From: Christensenella sp. UBA4247
Lineage (GTDB): Bacteria > Bacillota > Clostridia > Christensenellales > CAG-1252
Assembly (NCBI GenBank): GCA_002395405.1
Contig: DGWX01000062.1
Span: 1-56,933, forward strand
Length of the DNA: 56,933 bases
Direction: 5' to 3'
The notes under the pieces were generated by a model. It was not told where the DNA came from. It saw nothing but the letters and a program-made list of their open reading frames with translations, and did not search any database. The position numbers were made by a program, and so were the translations under genes. This document shows positions 7,737-22,700 of the stretch, one piece after another; position 1 is the stretch's first letter, and each line of letters starts with the position of its first letter.

Positions 7737-10700
7737 TTATTGCTCTTCCTTTTCTTCGCCGTCAAGGGAATCGGCGATGTTTTCGGGATCTTCCGCCGAA
7801 TTTTGCGCTTCGGACGGCGCTTCGGACGGCTCTTCCGCCTGCCCTTCGCCCGCGCTTTCGCCTTCGGAAACGGTTTCTCCCGTCTCTTCGGGTTCAGCCT
7901 TCGTTTCTTCTTCCGCGCCCTTTTCGCTCTCTTTCTCCGATTCGTCCTTTTCCCCTTTCTTTTTATTCTTTTTGGGCTTTTTGGGTTTCGGAGAGAGTTT
8001 TCTCTTTTTTCTTGCCTTGGGGATCAAGATGATCGCGACCACCGTTCCCGCCGCAAGAAGGAGAACGGCGCCTCCGTAGATCACGATCTTTCCGATCGTG
8101 GTTTTAATGAAAGACTTTTGACGGATCTCGAGTTTTGCGTTCGACACACCTTCTTTCGAGATATTTCCCTTAAACGCCGCGCCCGTATCGGTGGAAGTAT
8201 CGAAGAGGGATTCGCCGGAGTAGGCGTTTACAACGTCGATCTTCACGTTCGAATAATGATAGCTGCCGAGCGTTTCGCCCTCCGTTCTGTCTCCCGTAAT
8301 CGAAACGACGAAGGTTCCGTCCGCAAGGTCGAAGTAATTCTTGATCTCCTTGAAATCGTCGTAAGGATCTTCCGCGATCAAAACGTACGAAATGCCGGGG
8401 TCCACTTCGCCTATCACCTTTTCGGAGGGAACAACGCGAACGATAATGGACACGGGCGCGACCGTCACGCTCGCGGTAAAGGTTGCCTTAACGTTATTAT
8501 TCGCAGAGATCAAACCAAGCTCGTCGATGGTCTTTTTGCCGTCGGAAGGCACGAGCTTCGAAAGCTTGTTATAGGAGATTTTAAGCGCGGACGCGATCGC
8601 GTCGGAGGCTTCTTTGTCGCTGCTGCCCGCAGGAACGTTTATGAAAGCGCCTCCTTTTTCGATCGTAAAGCGCAGGATCGCCTTGTTATCTCCGTAATAG
8701 ATCGTATTAAAGAATTCGAGATCTCCTCTTTCGATAGACGCCGAAGTAAACGAGCCTTGATCGTCATAATATCCGACTTCCGCTTTGATGCTGACCGAAG
8801 CGGGATTGATGATAAAGTTACCCGAAACGACCTGAATGAAATAGTTGTTAACGAGGCTTTCGTCTCCCGTCTTCGTTGCTTGCAAGGCAAACGTTCCGTT
8901 GATCTTATAGCTGCCGACCGTAACCGCGTTTTGGACGTCGTATCCGGTGGACACGACCTTGATCTCGCTCTTATCCTTTTCGAGCAGTCCTTCCGTTTTG
9001 AAACTGACGAGGGATTCTCTGAAATCGCTGACGCCGTTATACGTTTTGGTGAAGTCGGAGATCGTTACGGTCAGATACTTCTTGGTAACGATGACCATTC
9101 GTTGTCCGCTTTGCATCGTTACGCCCGAAATACATTTGATCGCTTCGTCCGATACGAGTTCCGCGCTGAACACTGCGTCATATTCGCCTACGTTCAATAT
9201 CGTTTCGCTGTCAAATCCGACGATGGCTCTTACGCCGACATCCGAAAGCGTCGCGTCTTTCTTTTCCGTTCCGAACATCGCAAAGTAAAGATCGGAAACG
9301 GTAATGCTACCGTCGCCCACGATGGTTGAGTACTTGATCGAGCTGACGGGAGTTCCGTAATTGACCGTCGTTTTTCCGGGTTTCAGGCGAATGGCGACTT
9401 TCTTGATCTCGTAATAATATCCGCCCTCTTTAACGGATAGGATCTCGTAACGATCGCTGATATCCTCGCCGTTCGCGTCCGTAACGCCATAGCGAAGAGC
9501 GTATCGACCGACGCTCTCTCCTTCTTCTCTCGAAAGAACGAGTTTATGCGATCTTTCCACGAAGGAATTGCCCTGAGAAAGCGAAGCGTAAATGGTTTCG
9601 TTCCTCTTTCCGAAGAACTTGACGTTCCTATCTTCATCCGCGACGACGTACAGTTTTTTCGGAGTAACACGCAAAACATTCTCCGCTTTGAGGATCGCCT
9701 TGGCGCTGCCGCCCTCGATCTCGTAACCGTCCGACGCCGATACGACGTAATTCTTATTGCGATCGGAGAAGAGGCATACGAGGTCGTAACGTTCTTCGGA
9801 AGGCAAAAGCGTTCCGCCTGCGTTATAAACGATGGAATCGAAGTACAGTTCGTCTCCTTCTCTCATCCCCTTATGCGAGCAACCGCTACTGCATTCCGTT
9901 CCGTCGCAAACGTGATATTTCGGGCGGAAGGAAGAAGAGCCGTATTCGATCTCGTCGAGATCGAAGAAGATCTTAACTTCGGTAGGACGAACGATGTAAT
10001 ACGCTTCTTTACCCGTCATGACAACGTTATAGTTCGGAAGCGCGAGGTTGTCGCCCACGATTATGCGATACGCTCCCGCGTCAAATTCATTCGATCTTTC
10101 GCGCGTCATCAAGGTGGAAGCGACCGCTTCGTAGGCGGCTCTGTCTTTTTCGAGAAGTCCGCTCTTTACGGTCGGATAGAATACGGCGGCTCCTTCGAAT
10201 TGCGCGAGATAATCGACTTCGATAGAGGAAACTTCAAGTTCCAGGGTCGCGCGCTCGATATTCGCGCGGATCAAACCTTCCTGCGCGGAAGAAATGGATC
10301 CGCCGTCAAAGACATAATCGAGATAGGCGAATTGATTCGCGCCGCTTTCGTCAAATTCGGGATCGTAAACGAGTTTTGCGTCTCCGCTGACATATACGAG
10401 CTTTCCTTGTTCGGCGTTTGCGTCCTTAAACGAGAAAACAATTCCCGAAACGGATACGAACGTTTCGTCGTTTCCTTTGAAGCCGTCAATGATCATACTG
10501 CCGGGGAGAAGTTCCGCGCGGGTCGTTCCGTCGTACACTTTATCCTTGATCGCCAAGCTCTTAAAGGTCAACTCGGCGGGAAGGATTTCAAGTCCCGAGA
10601 ACGCGTCGCAAAGCTGTCTTGAACCCGCGTGTACGCGATAGGAAATCAGGTAGTTACCCGCATGATACGGCAGTCCGCCTACGAGCGGCGGAGTCGCCCC

Positions 10701-13700
10701 GAGCGGCGAATAGGAATAAACGACGCTGTAACCGAGGCTTTCGGCGCGCGATGTGATCGCGCTGAGAGAATCGGTGGACGATGCGATCGCGGAAGCGCGA
10801 TAGGTCTCGGAGACCCATTCCATCGGAATGGAAGAAAGTTCCGCGGTCAAAACGATATCGTAATGTCCCGCCGTCCAGGAAATCGAATACTTCCAAGCGT
10901 CGGAAGCGTCTTTCGAAACGGTCTCGAACGCGGTCGTTGCGCCGAGGCCCCAGAACATATAGCCGGAACCGATGTTTTTGACCTTAACTTCTATTTTGTT
11001 TCCGGTAGCTTCGAGTTCATCCGCGAAATACACGCCGAGTCCGCTGAAAGAAGGCATATTCGCGCTTTCGTTCTTGATTTCGTCTTCGCTGACGCCAATA
11101 TAACGAACGCTGACGAGATAGCGGAGCGCGAAGTACGCCGACACGGGCTCGCTTCCCTCGTATATCGATAACGGATCGCCGTTCTCATCTTGATTTACTT
11201 CCGCGTCCGAAGAATTTTTCCAAGCGCGAAGCGCGTAATTGCCGAGCGTGGTCGCTTCATAACGAAGCGTTTCGCCGAATTGAACGGAAATCGTTCCTTC
11301 GCCGTACACGTTCAAATACGCCGACTTTTCTTCTTCGTGCGTTTCGGAAAGTGCGCCGTGATAAGCGATGACCGCAACGCGGGAAATATTCTCTCCGAGA
11401 ACGGCGGAAGAGGAAAGCGAAACGCCTTTGAGCGCGAGCGCCACGCCGTTTATCGAGCCGCCTTCGCCTAAGGTAATGATACCGCTCGGGAAGGAGCCGC
11501 CCGTAATCGTGATCGTCCTATCGCCCGAGATCGCGCCTCTAAACGAGAGAAGAGGCAGCAGCGTATTGCCGTCCGCCGCGAAGTCGGACGTTATCGTGAT
11601 CGACGAACCGGCGAGGTGATTCGGAGAAACTTCGTTTGCGCGGGCAAGTTTGTTGAAATCGGTTTGATCGTTGACGGAAGAAGGCGCGTAAACGGCCTCT
11701 TTTTCCGTCTCCGAGAGAGATACGATCGCGCTGAAATAGAACGCGTCGTTATCCGATCCCGTAAAGACGGGCGTTCCGTTCGAGAAGGAAGCGTTCAGGA
11801 TCGCGCCCTTTTCGTAATACACGAAACCATAATCGCCCGCTTCCGCGGTAAGGCTTGTTTTATACGCTTGATCGAAGGTCATAACGATCGCGCCCTTTAC
11901 CGAGTAAGCAGGAAGGATCATTCCGGAATCGGACAAGGAAAGAACGATATTTTCGAGTTTCGCACCCGCTACGGAAAGTCCGTTGTAACCTTTCTTTAAG
12001 TACACGACGCCGTTTCGGAACGTACCGTCTTCCGAGCGCGCCGTAAACAAATTCCCGTCGCCCATCGAGTTGATCGTCAAAGAGTATCCCGCAAGATCGA
12101 GAACGATCCCGTCGAAATAGATCGGGGTCAAGTTGCGGCGAACGGTCAGATCGCCGGCAAGCGAGATCACGCTTCCTTCCGCAAGCGCGCCTTCCGCCGT
12201 CAGGTAGCCGAGATACACGAGTTCGTCTTCCTTCGCGATCGAACGAATGCTTCTGACCTCGAATTTTTGTCCGGAAGCGCTTTCGGGAGAAGTATAGAAT
12301 CCGGTTCCGTAGTTATAAGCGCCGGGGAATACCACGTTCCCTTCGTAATCATACAAGCAAACGAAATGACCTACGAGCGGCATAAATTCGAAAGAAACTC
12401 TCGTACCTACGCCGGTTTTTTGATAGGTTACGGAAACGAAAGTATTGAGGTCCGCGCGGATCTCGTTTACGCCGATGAGGCTACCCTCTCCGACCGCGCT
12501 TTCCTTGCTTCCCGTTACGAGCCAGCAATTTCTCATTTCGCCGCCGTTTATACCGCAAAGCGCCGAGCCGCCGTCAAAGGTGGGATCGGCAGACGAAGCC
12601 AAGACGACGACTCCGCTCATCAAGCCTCTGTTTATCCTTACAAGGCAGGGGCTCGCTCCCTTTACGATACAGCCGCTTTCAAATTCGAAAGCAACGTCTT
12701 TCAGAGCGCCGTATAACGTATGGATCAAGGGGGCGGTATCCGCGGCAAAGCGGATCACGCTGTTTATGCCGCCTTCGATACTGCCTTTGAACGGATGGGT
12801 TTCGCTGCCGATGGTCATGAGCGAAGAGGAAACGGTAAATCCGCCGTCCGCGACGCGGAAGGTAATACCGTCGAAATCAAACGCGCCGAGAACCGCCGTC
12901 GAGAGGCGATCGAGATCGTTCGCGGAAGAGAGCGTGCGATTCACGTAATTCAGCATATAGCCGTTTCCGCTTTGCGAAGAAAGCTCCAATCTCTTCTCGC
13001 GGAAAACCGATCCATGAACGGTTCCGAGCTCGCCGAACCAGCCCGCGAAGACCTGAGATTCGGTATCCGCCGCCGTGGCGCCGATCGAATCTCCGAAGGA
13101 ATAAGCGATCGAGCCGAGTCCGTTCCCGTAAATAATGGAGTAGCTTTCGCGATAGGCCGCGATCGATTTGAACGCTTCGTACAAAGAAGCGTTCGACGTT
13201 TCAAAGTAAACGTTCTTCGCGCTGACGGGCGCTCCCACGGAGAGGACCGAGCGGTTTTCCACGAACACGACGTTTTCCAAGTTTACTTTCGCCGTGCCTT
13301 CGAAAATCTTAACGCCGGAAGCAAGGTTCGAAAGATCCATTCTGACGTTTTTGATCGTGCCGGCGAAAAGTCCGAGCGCACTATCCGTAAATCCGCTTTC
13401 GAAAATAAGCGAATAACCGTTGCCGTCCAAAACGCCTTTGAACGCATTCGTCTTGAACCCGGAAAGAGGTGCGGGAGCGGTGACGTCCGCGCCGAGCGTA
13501 AAGGTTACGCCTTCGCCCGTATAGCCGAGCGCGGCTGCGTCGGAAAGAACGGTCAATTTATAGGTCGTGTCGATCAAAGTGGAAACAAATTCCGCCGTAT
13601 AAAGGTCTTTTTCGCAGTTCGAAGACGCAAAAGAAGGATCGGAAGAGAAGATCGAACCGTTTCTCGTCCAACCGATAAAGATCATCGTTCCGTCCGTTTC

Positions 13701-16700
13701 GGCGGAAAACATCATTGCGTCGTTTCCGCCTTGGACAACGCTGCCTACGCCGTTTATGCGGATCACCGCATATTCTTTCGATCCTACGCCGAGCGCATAA
13801 TCTACGCGCGTTACGACGAAGAGATTATCCGCCGAGCCGGAACCGTCTCTTTGGAACAGAGCGCCCGAGACTTCCGCCCCTTCTTCGAGATACACGACCG
13901 CGTTTCGGATCGAGCCGTCGTTCTTCATCGCAAAGCAAGCGTTTTCTTCCTCTTTCGTAAGGCGCAACCCGATATTTCGAATGGCGGCGGCAGTCGTTCC
14001 GAATAAGCCGCCCGTAAGCGTCGTATCGCCCACGGTAATAACGTGATGCCATCCTTCGATCGTTACGGACGACGAGAGCGCCTCCCCGCTTCCGATTGCT
14101 CGGAAATAACCGTCGGGCAAAAGCTCGTTTGCGGGAAGCGCAAAGTCGCTTGCAATCGTAAACACGGCGTTATGGAACGCGTACGCACCTCCGTTGACCG
14201 CGCTCGAGAAAGCGGCGAGTTCCATTCCGCTGCCGATCGCTTTCCGCAAAGAAAGCATAGCCGAAACGCCGGAAACGCGCCTCGATGTAACGACGTCCGA
14301 GTCTTCGTCGAAGGTGACGTACGAGAGATCCGATCCGTCGTAAACCGCGTTTTTAACGTGCGCGCCCGAACCGACCTTCGCTTCTCCATCTCGGATCTCG
14401 GCGAAGATCGCAAAAGAATCGGTCAGATCCGAAACGCTCGCGGTAAAGGAGATCTTGCCCGCAAGGACGTCCGCCGCCGTCGGGCAGGAAAGGAGCAAAC
14501 CTTCTTCAAAGGTCATATTGTTTATGAGATCGCAATTCGAGATCTCGCTCAAAGAATCGGTATAGACCCAAACGTTATTGACTTTACTTTCGTCCCTGAC
14601 GAGAGAGGCACCGACCGCGCTGTCCCTTCCGCCGAGAGAACCATTTACGATTTTGATCAAGCTATCCGTCAAAGCGTTTACGTTATTTCCGATAAAGCCG
14701 CCGCTGACGCCGCCTTCGATCGTTCCGCCGAGAACTTCGATATAACATTTATCGAGATATCCGAGGTTCAAGCCGACGCCGACGCCCGCGTAAGGACTCA
14801 TCGAAGCGGCAACGGATATTTGACCCGCATAAGCGACCGTCGCGCGGGCGATCCCCGTATAGTTTTCGCCCACTATGCCGCCAACGTACGCCATTGCGGA
14901 ACCTTCCGCGCCGATAGAAGCGCCGGAGAGGATCTCGAGAGCGACTTTTTCCAAAGATCCGTTGTTAACGCCGATCACGCCGCCCGCAACGTTCGTGTTC
15001 GAGCTGCCGAACGCTTTGATCGAACCTTCCAAACGGACGGAAACGTTTTCCACCGCTCCGAGTGAATAACCCGCGATCGTACCGACCGCTTGACCCATGA
15101 GATTCGCGTTCGTTTCCAGAGTTACGGAAACGTTTTTGATCGAACCTTGCGCATAAGCGGAGAGTATGCCCGTATGCAAGGATCTTTCGGAACCGTACGA
15201 TCCTTCCTTTACGACGACGTTTAAGTTTTCGATCAAACTTGCGCCGCCCGTATAACCGAAGATTCCTCTGTACTCGCTTCCCGGGATCGCGCCGTCGTTT
15301 ACGGTCAGCGTATATCCCTGCCCGTCGAACACGTTGTTAAACGGATAGTTCTCGCTTCCCACGTTTTCGGTCAGGTCTCCCGCAAAAAGAGTCAGATCGT
15401 TCATCAACTTAAACACGATATCCTCGCCCGAAAGTCCGCTGCTGACGGAAGACGCCATATCGGCAAGATCTTGCGCCGTACGGATCTCGGTATTGACGAA
15501 CACGACCATAACGTATTTATTTTGAACGTTGCTCTTAGGCAAGAAGGTATTTTCGTTTTCGCCCACGTTACCCGTAGCCGCGTCCACTTGGATCCCCGAA
15601 GAGAGATACCAGCCGTCCAGCTTACTGCCGTTATCGTCCGTCATATTGGTAAAGAGAACGCTCTTCGCCGTCGTATCGATCGAAGCTTTGACCGTTCCGT
15701 TTCCTTTTACGTTCAACGTATTTACGGATTTCGCTCCGGCGCCCGCCGCTTCCACTACGCGGTTATCCGTAACTTGCCAAACGTTCATTGCCGTTACGCC
15801 GTCCAAGTAACCGGCCGTTCCTCCCGCAAGAGAGGGAGAAAGAACGTCGCCGAACAAGAAGACAACGTTGTGGTTGACGGAAGAGTGCGTATAACCGACG
15901 AGACCGCCTGCGCGCGCGCCGTCTTTCGTCAGGGAATTCGCTTCCACGAGTCCGCCTTTCATAACGTACGTAATAAGATAGCTCGCGGAACCTTGATAGT
16001 TATTTCCGATCGCGCCGCCCGCATTTGCTACGCCGCCTTGCGCGCCGGAAAGAGCGGACACTTTTCCGTACAAGAACGCGTTCGCTTCCAGATCGTACTG
16101 CCTTAAAACGAAGGCATTCCCTTCTTTTGCGTAACGCGCAGCCTTGGGAAGTAGCCCGCGCGAAATCCATTCTTCGAAATTCTCGCTGCCTTCGATCGTT
16201 CCGTAATTGATACCCGCAAGAGCGCCGGCGGAGATCGTATTTCCTTCGCGGCTTTCGGCAAGGATAGTTCCTTTTACTACGACAACGGAATCTTTCAGCG
16301 TTCCGTTGTTTCTTCCTACGACGCCGCCCGCCGTATATCCGACGACTTTGCCCGTTTCTTTGATCTCAACAAACGTTCCCGTAATAACGCCGTTATTGAC
16401 GGCGGCGACCGTTCCGTATATATGATCGGAAGAACTCGTTACCTCGCCGACCGTTCCGCTTACGCGAACGATCAAATCGCGGATCTCGCCCGCGTTATTG
16501 CCGAAAATACCGTTTATCGAATAGTTCTCGCGGATCGTGATCGAATGATATTCGTTTCCGAGCTTTCCGGAGAAGGTTCCCTTAAACGGATATTTTTCCG
16601 TTCCGATCGAAACGTAACGGCCCGTCGTAATCGAGGGGATCTCGATATCCGCGCCGAGCGTAAAGATCAACGTTTCGAAAGAATAGCCGCCCACGTTTAC

Positions 16701-19700
16701 GTCTTCCGCAACCGCGATGAGTTCTTCCGCGTTCTCGATCGTCGTTTTGATGACGGCGACTTCGTAGCGGGCGGCGGCTTCGCCGATCGGAGCCACGAGA
16801 TAGCCCGCGTCGCCGTTTCGCAGCTCACCGCCGGAGAGCATCGCTTCGGAGATCTGCAAACTCTTTTCAAAGGACTTGAACCAGCCCATAACGGGGACCG
16901 CGGAAGTGGAAACGAACTTGACTCTGTAATCGCCGTGCGCCACGTCGCTAAAAGAGGCGTCCATCGTTCCGATACCGACGATCTTCATCGTGTTGACCGA
17001 AGTATCGCCCGTGCCGGCTTCGCCGACTGCAAGAACGAGATCGGACGCGTCGATCAATCCCCACACGTTCCTTACGAGGTTCGTATTGTCGTATCCGATT
17101 ACGAGACCCGAAACGCCGTTCAGCGTGCGAAGCGAGGCACCGGAAGAAATAACGATCACGTTCTCGATCTGTCCGTTATTATAGGCGATCGCGCCCGCGA
17201 ACAGGGTATTGACCGCACCCATTTCGACTTGGGTCGAAGTATAATCGTTGTTTCCGAGCGCGCCTTCGATCGCGATGCGAAGATTGCGGATCGTTCCGTC
17301 TTCTTTGACGTATCCGAAAATACCCGCGTACTTTCCTCCGATCACGGCGCCCGAAGATAAGAGGATCGAATGACCTTGCCCGTCAAAGACGCCGTTCATT
17401 CCCGATCTTTCGTTTCCGATCGCTTCAAACCCGTCTCCTTCTCCGATAACGAGGTCGCGCGTTAAGGTAAAGGTCAGTTTGTAGAAATCGTAACCGTCGT
17501 TTACGTTCTTCGCATACTCTTTGAGCCCTTGCAGAGTGGAGATCTCGCTGTTCAGGAAACTGACGTTAAAGCCTTCGCGCGTCAGCGTTTTATCGGGAGA
17601 GTACTGCCCGCCCGTAGCGCCGATCGCGGCCGCTCTGTCTCCCGAGAACTCGTTTAAGGGATACCAATAGGAAGTCCCGCCGTAAGTAAAGTGGAAGGAA
17701 GAAGCGTCGTTTTGCTGGCGGATCACTCCCACCTGCCCCGCGGCAACGACCATTATGTTATTAACGCCGCCTTGGTTCGCACCTTCGTCCGCATAGGAAG
17801 AAGCGGAAACAAACGATCGATTGAACTTGATCTCTTCCGCGTTCAATTCGTAATTCGCTTTGCTGTTATACGAAACGACCCAACAATTCGAAGCGACGTT
17901 GCCCGCGCTTCTCGGCAAATAGCCGAAGGTGCGACCCGTTCCGACAGAACCGTAAAGCGAAGAGAGTTTATCGAGAATGATAACGTTATTCTGATAGCTT
18001 CCGCCGAGCGCATAAGCGGCGAGAACGCCCGCGTAGATCGTGCGCGTCGTATTGACCCCGGTATCAACGCCGAGACGGCTCTTGCAATGGATCGTCAGGT
18101 TCTTGATCCTCGCGCTTTCGCCCACTCTTCCGAAAAGACCCGCATAGCGCGCGCCGATAACAAGCCCTTCGGGCATCGTGATCGTATGGCCTTTCCCGTC
18201 AAAGCCGCCGATGAAATCGCGTTCCACGTAATTGAGGAAAGAAGTTCCGCTTCCCGTAACGACTTCGCCGCCGATCGGCTCGAATCCTTCGGCGGAAAGC
18301 GTAACGTCCGCCGTTAGTTCGTAAGTGATTCCGCGATAGTTTCTTCCGAGGCGCACGTTTTGCGACACGCGTTCGAGATCGTCCAAGCTCGACACGTATT
18401 TATTGATAAACACGGCAAGCATATCGTTGCTGACGCTGTCGCCGGGTTTGACCGTCCAAACGTAGATAGAAGAACCGGCTCCGCCGTCGTGGATCGGGGT
18501 AACGACCTCGTCCGTTACGTTATTGTTATCGATATAACCGTAAAATCCGTCGCGACCGTCTTCATCCACCTCGGTGGAATCGAAGGTGATCTTCGTTCCG
18601 TCCGATTCGATCTCGATCATCAAAGAGCCCACGCCGACTTGCTGCATAACGCGGCCTTCGCCCTTCGTCGCGCGGTTTTCGATATAGTAGGTATCCAAAC
18701 CGACGGGATTCAATACCGTTGCGTTTTCCGCAAGAACGAGCCACGCGTTATTGATAGAGTAGCCGTCCTCCGCCCTTCCCGCAATACCGCCGGACGAAGG
18801 CAACCCTTGCGTCGTAAACACAACGGTGTCCGCGCGAGCCGAAACGACGACGTTTCTGAGTTCGCCTCTCAAAAGCGCGACGCCGATACCTGCGTACAAA
18901 GTGGAATTATCTCCGATCTTAACGTTTTCTCCGATCACTTTGATATGCACGTTTCTGACCGTTCCGCCGCGCCCTACGTAACCGAACACACCGGCATAAT
19001 CTCTCTTGATCATACTGCCAACGACGCTGAGCACGTGGCCGTTTCCTTCAAACAGTCCGGTAAAAGGTCTTTCCGCGCTACCGACAGATTCGCATTGCGA
19101 GAAATCCACGGTAATGTCGTTCAAGAGGGTAAACTTGGCGCCTTGGTCGCCGTAAGTATTGATATCGCTCGCAAAACGAACGAAATCCTTTTCGTCTGCA
19201 ATCGAAAGATTGATAAAGGAGAGAATGACCCTTACGTTGCTTACGTTATACGCAGTGGAAAGGGAGACGTCGAGATCGTCCGCATTGTAAGTCAATTCGC
19301 CGATGATCGCTTCGTAATTCGGGATCGCGATCGCGAATTCTCCCGAACGGATATCCGAATACCAACCGCCGAATCCTTCGAAATAAGCTTCGCAAGTTCT
19401 CTTATAGGTTGCGTTTCCGCCTTCTCCATTCGGGACGTAATACTTAACGCGAATATCCTGATCGGTATCGCGATCGTAAGAAGAGAGGAAGGAAACTTTC
19501 GTCAGTCCGAATCCGAGAACGCCTATGTTATTTACGCCGAAGAACTCCGTTTCCGTTCCGTTTCCGACGATCTTATCTTTTCCGTTCAAAACGCTGATCC
19601 AAGTATTGATCGCGTTTCCGCCCGAAACATAACCCGCGAAAGAGCCCGCATAGCGCGCCTGCGAGTTATAAACGAGACCGGACGACAAATTCACGAACAC

Positions 19701-22700
19701 GTTCTTGACTTCTCCGAGGCTTCTCCCGGCGAGAGCGCCGATCTCAAAGCTGTTTACGCCGCCGATCGTAACGCCTTCTTCAATATCGAGAATGAAATTG
19801 CGAACGACGGAAGAAGCGGATGTATAACCGAAAAGCCCCGTATATTCCGTTCCGCTGATCGCGCTGCCCGACGCGAAGGTGATCTTGTGATAGCCGCCGT
19901 CAAAGATCGCGTTAAAGGGATGTTCTGCGGAACCGATCGGGCGCAGGATCCCGTTTCGGTTGATTTGAACGTCGTTATCGAGAACGAAGAGCACGCCCCT
20001 GTAATAATCGCGACTGTTGATCAAATTCGAAAGATTGATAAGCCCGCTTGCGGATGTAATGCGAAGTTCGGTATAGCTGAGATGGATATTCAAGTTTTGA
20101 ACGCTGCTCTTCGGCGAATAGGTCGAAGTATTAACGAGACCTTCGGTCAATACGCCCTCATCGTTATCATCCCAAGCGGAAATATCCGTGTACCAACCCT
20201 TTACGCCGTTTATCATCGAGCGGAAAGTAAAGAGATTTACGGTATAGTTCAAAGTAACGCGAAGGAGCGTATCGTTCATAACGCGGATCGCGTTAAAACC
20301 GGTATCTTCGCTTCCCGAGGTGGGCGTTGCGGTCGCGTTGCTGATTTGGATCCAGCTGTTGGTCGCGCTTCCCGAAGGAGCCGTCGCAGCGCCGAGACCC
20401 GTCGCGTCGCCGTAAAAATCGGCGTAACAAGTAACCGCGCTGTTCGAAACGAACCCCGTGGAGCGACCGGCAAAACCGCCCGCGTGGGTCGTTTTTACGA
20501 TGCCGTTCGCGCCTTCCGCGCTTGATCCGACATTTCCGCGGATCGTAACGAGAACGTCAACCAAACTTCCCGAATGATCGCCTACCGCGCCGCCCGCAAA
20601 CTTCGCGGACAAAGCGGAGCCGTTCGTGCTTTCCGCGGTAGAATAAGAAATTCCGCCCGAGTTTTGACCGGCAAGAAGACCGGCGCTGTTTTCCGCGTAA
20701 GACGAGGCGGAAAGTTCGGCAAGACAAGAGAAGATCTGTCCGTTCGCTTTGTTAACCCCCACGATCACGCCGAAGTTTTTGGTTTTCCTCGCGGCGGTGG
20801 TATAAGAGAAAGTTCCGGCAACGGGGATCGCATAAGCGCTTCCGTAGCTCGGGCTTTCCGAAACGTAAGCTTTAACGACTTCGTCGAAATCGTCGCGAAC
20901 GTTTCCGATCGCGCCTTCGTTTTCGCCCGAAATACCGCCGAATGAGTTCGTCGCGAAATAGATCGATCCTTTTTCCACGGAAACGATCGCGTCTTCGATC
21001 GTTGCCTGATTGATTCCCGTTACGCCGCCTACCGCGCCGCCCGCAAGAACGCCTTTTACCGTTACGATCGCGGAACGAATGATTCCGTTTTCGCGGTTCA
21101 AGCCCGCAATACCGCCCGCGGCGGTCGAACCGTACAGCGCGCCTTGCTGCCCGTTCGTCGTCAGGATCGATACGAACACCGCGCTCGCCGTTTTGCTTCC
21201 GATCACGCCTTCGTTGATACCCGCGATACCGCCCACGTATTTGCCGAGGATCGCGCCCCTGCCTTCCGTTCCGAGATAGTTCGCGAAATCAAACGTAACG
21301 TTCGAAGATTCTATAATGCCTCTGTTCAGCCCCGCGATCGCGCCGCCGTTTCCTTTTTCGTTCGAGATATAGCCTCTGACGGTCATCGTTATACCGGAGA
21401 TCGTTCCGTAATTGTCGTACGTTAAGAAACCGCGGTTCGCGTCCGTCGCAGTCGAGACCGTTCGAGAGCCAGACTGAACAAGTACCTTTAAATTCTTGAT
21501 TTCGGCATACGGCGTTTTATCTTTTTCTCCAAGCACGTTCACGATCGCGTGCATATCCGAATCGGAATCGAGCGTTACGGTAAACCCGTTTCCGTTTAAG
21601 CTTCCGAGGAAAGGATGGGTGACGTCCTTGCCGATCGCCGTGGCAGAGGAAGAAGCGTCCAACTTGAAGGAGTTTATGATCTGATAACGAACGTACAGCC
21701 TGTAATCCTTGTTGATCTTGTTCGCAACGTAGTTATAATCGGAAGCGTTCGAGATCATATTGTTTTGGAAGCCCGCGTAAAAAACTTTTCCGGAAAGCCC
21801 CACGGCGGGCGAGAAAACCGTTCCGGTATTTCCGTCCGTAACCGTTACGAGTTCGCCCGTTTCAAATGAAGCGACGTAATCGTAAAAATCGGGATCGTCC
21901 GCTTTTAAGATCGAACTGTCCGCGTATTTTGCGGAATTAAATCGGATCTGTCCGCCGAGCGCGCCGGTCGAGGCCACGTATTTTACGATCGAAACGCTGA
22001 TTTCGCCCTTTCCGTATTGAATCAGAATATTGGCTTTGTCATAGTTCGTTCCGCTCATCAAAACCGCCGCGTTCGAAACGGTGGGCGCGGAATCGCCCTT
22101 TTCGCGATAAACGGAAAGCGGGTTTCCGAAAGCGGGGTCGGTTTTGGAATTTCCCTCCGCGGAAATCGAGCGATACAAGCACCAAAGCGCGTCGGTATGT
22201 ACGGACTCGTTATATCCGATGATATAACCGCGATATTTTCCGTTATCTCCGTCGCTGCCGTTCATACCGTTCATAAAGTAACCGGCGCTTACGATCGACA
22301 CGACGGAATACGCCGCGGTTTCCGCCCCGTTTCTCCCGATAACGCCGCCAAGCGCGTATTTCCTTTGCGAAGAAACGAGTCCCATCGTTCCCGCGTCCAA
22401 ATAGAAATTAACGATAACGTTTTTAACAACGGGCGTCGCGTCGGTTTTCTTGTTATATCCGACCGCGCCTCCCGCGATCCCCTCGTCGCCGATATCGGGT
22501 GAGAGCGAATGCAATCTGCCGTAGTTCGTGCCGTTGTTTGTAAAGAGAACTTCGGTATTCTGCAAAAGATTACGGTTCTCGCCGACCGCTCCGCCTACGA
22601 TCTTTCCCGTGAGTTGCGCGGTGAGCTTTACATATACTTTGGCGGAAGCGGAATCTTGCCCGATCGTTCCGCAGTTGATCGCAGCCACGGCGCCCGCCGC

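Noticed and set aside
7689-9329. 546-aa plus-strand ORF spanning the spacer and the 3' end of giant ORF 1
   Set aside because: It is antisense to the TM anchor, tail and MBG-like region. The product is Arg/Phe-rich and repetitive, mirroring the Lys/Glu-rich tail on the other strand. I judged it a shadow ORF.
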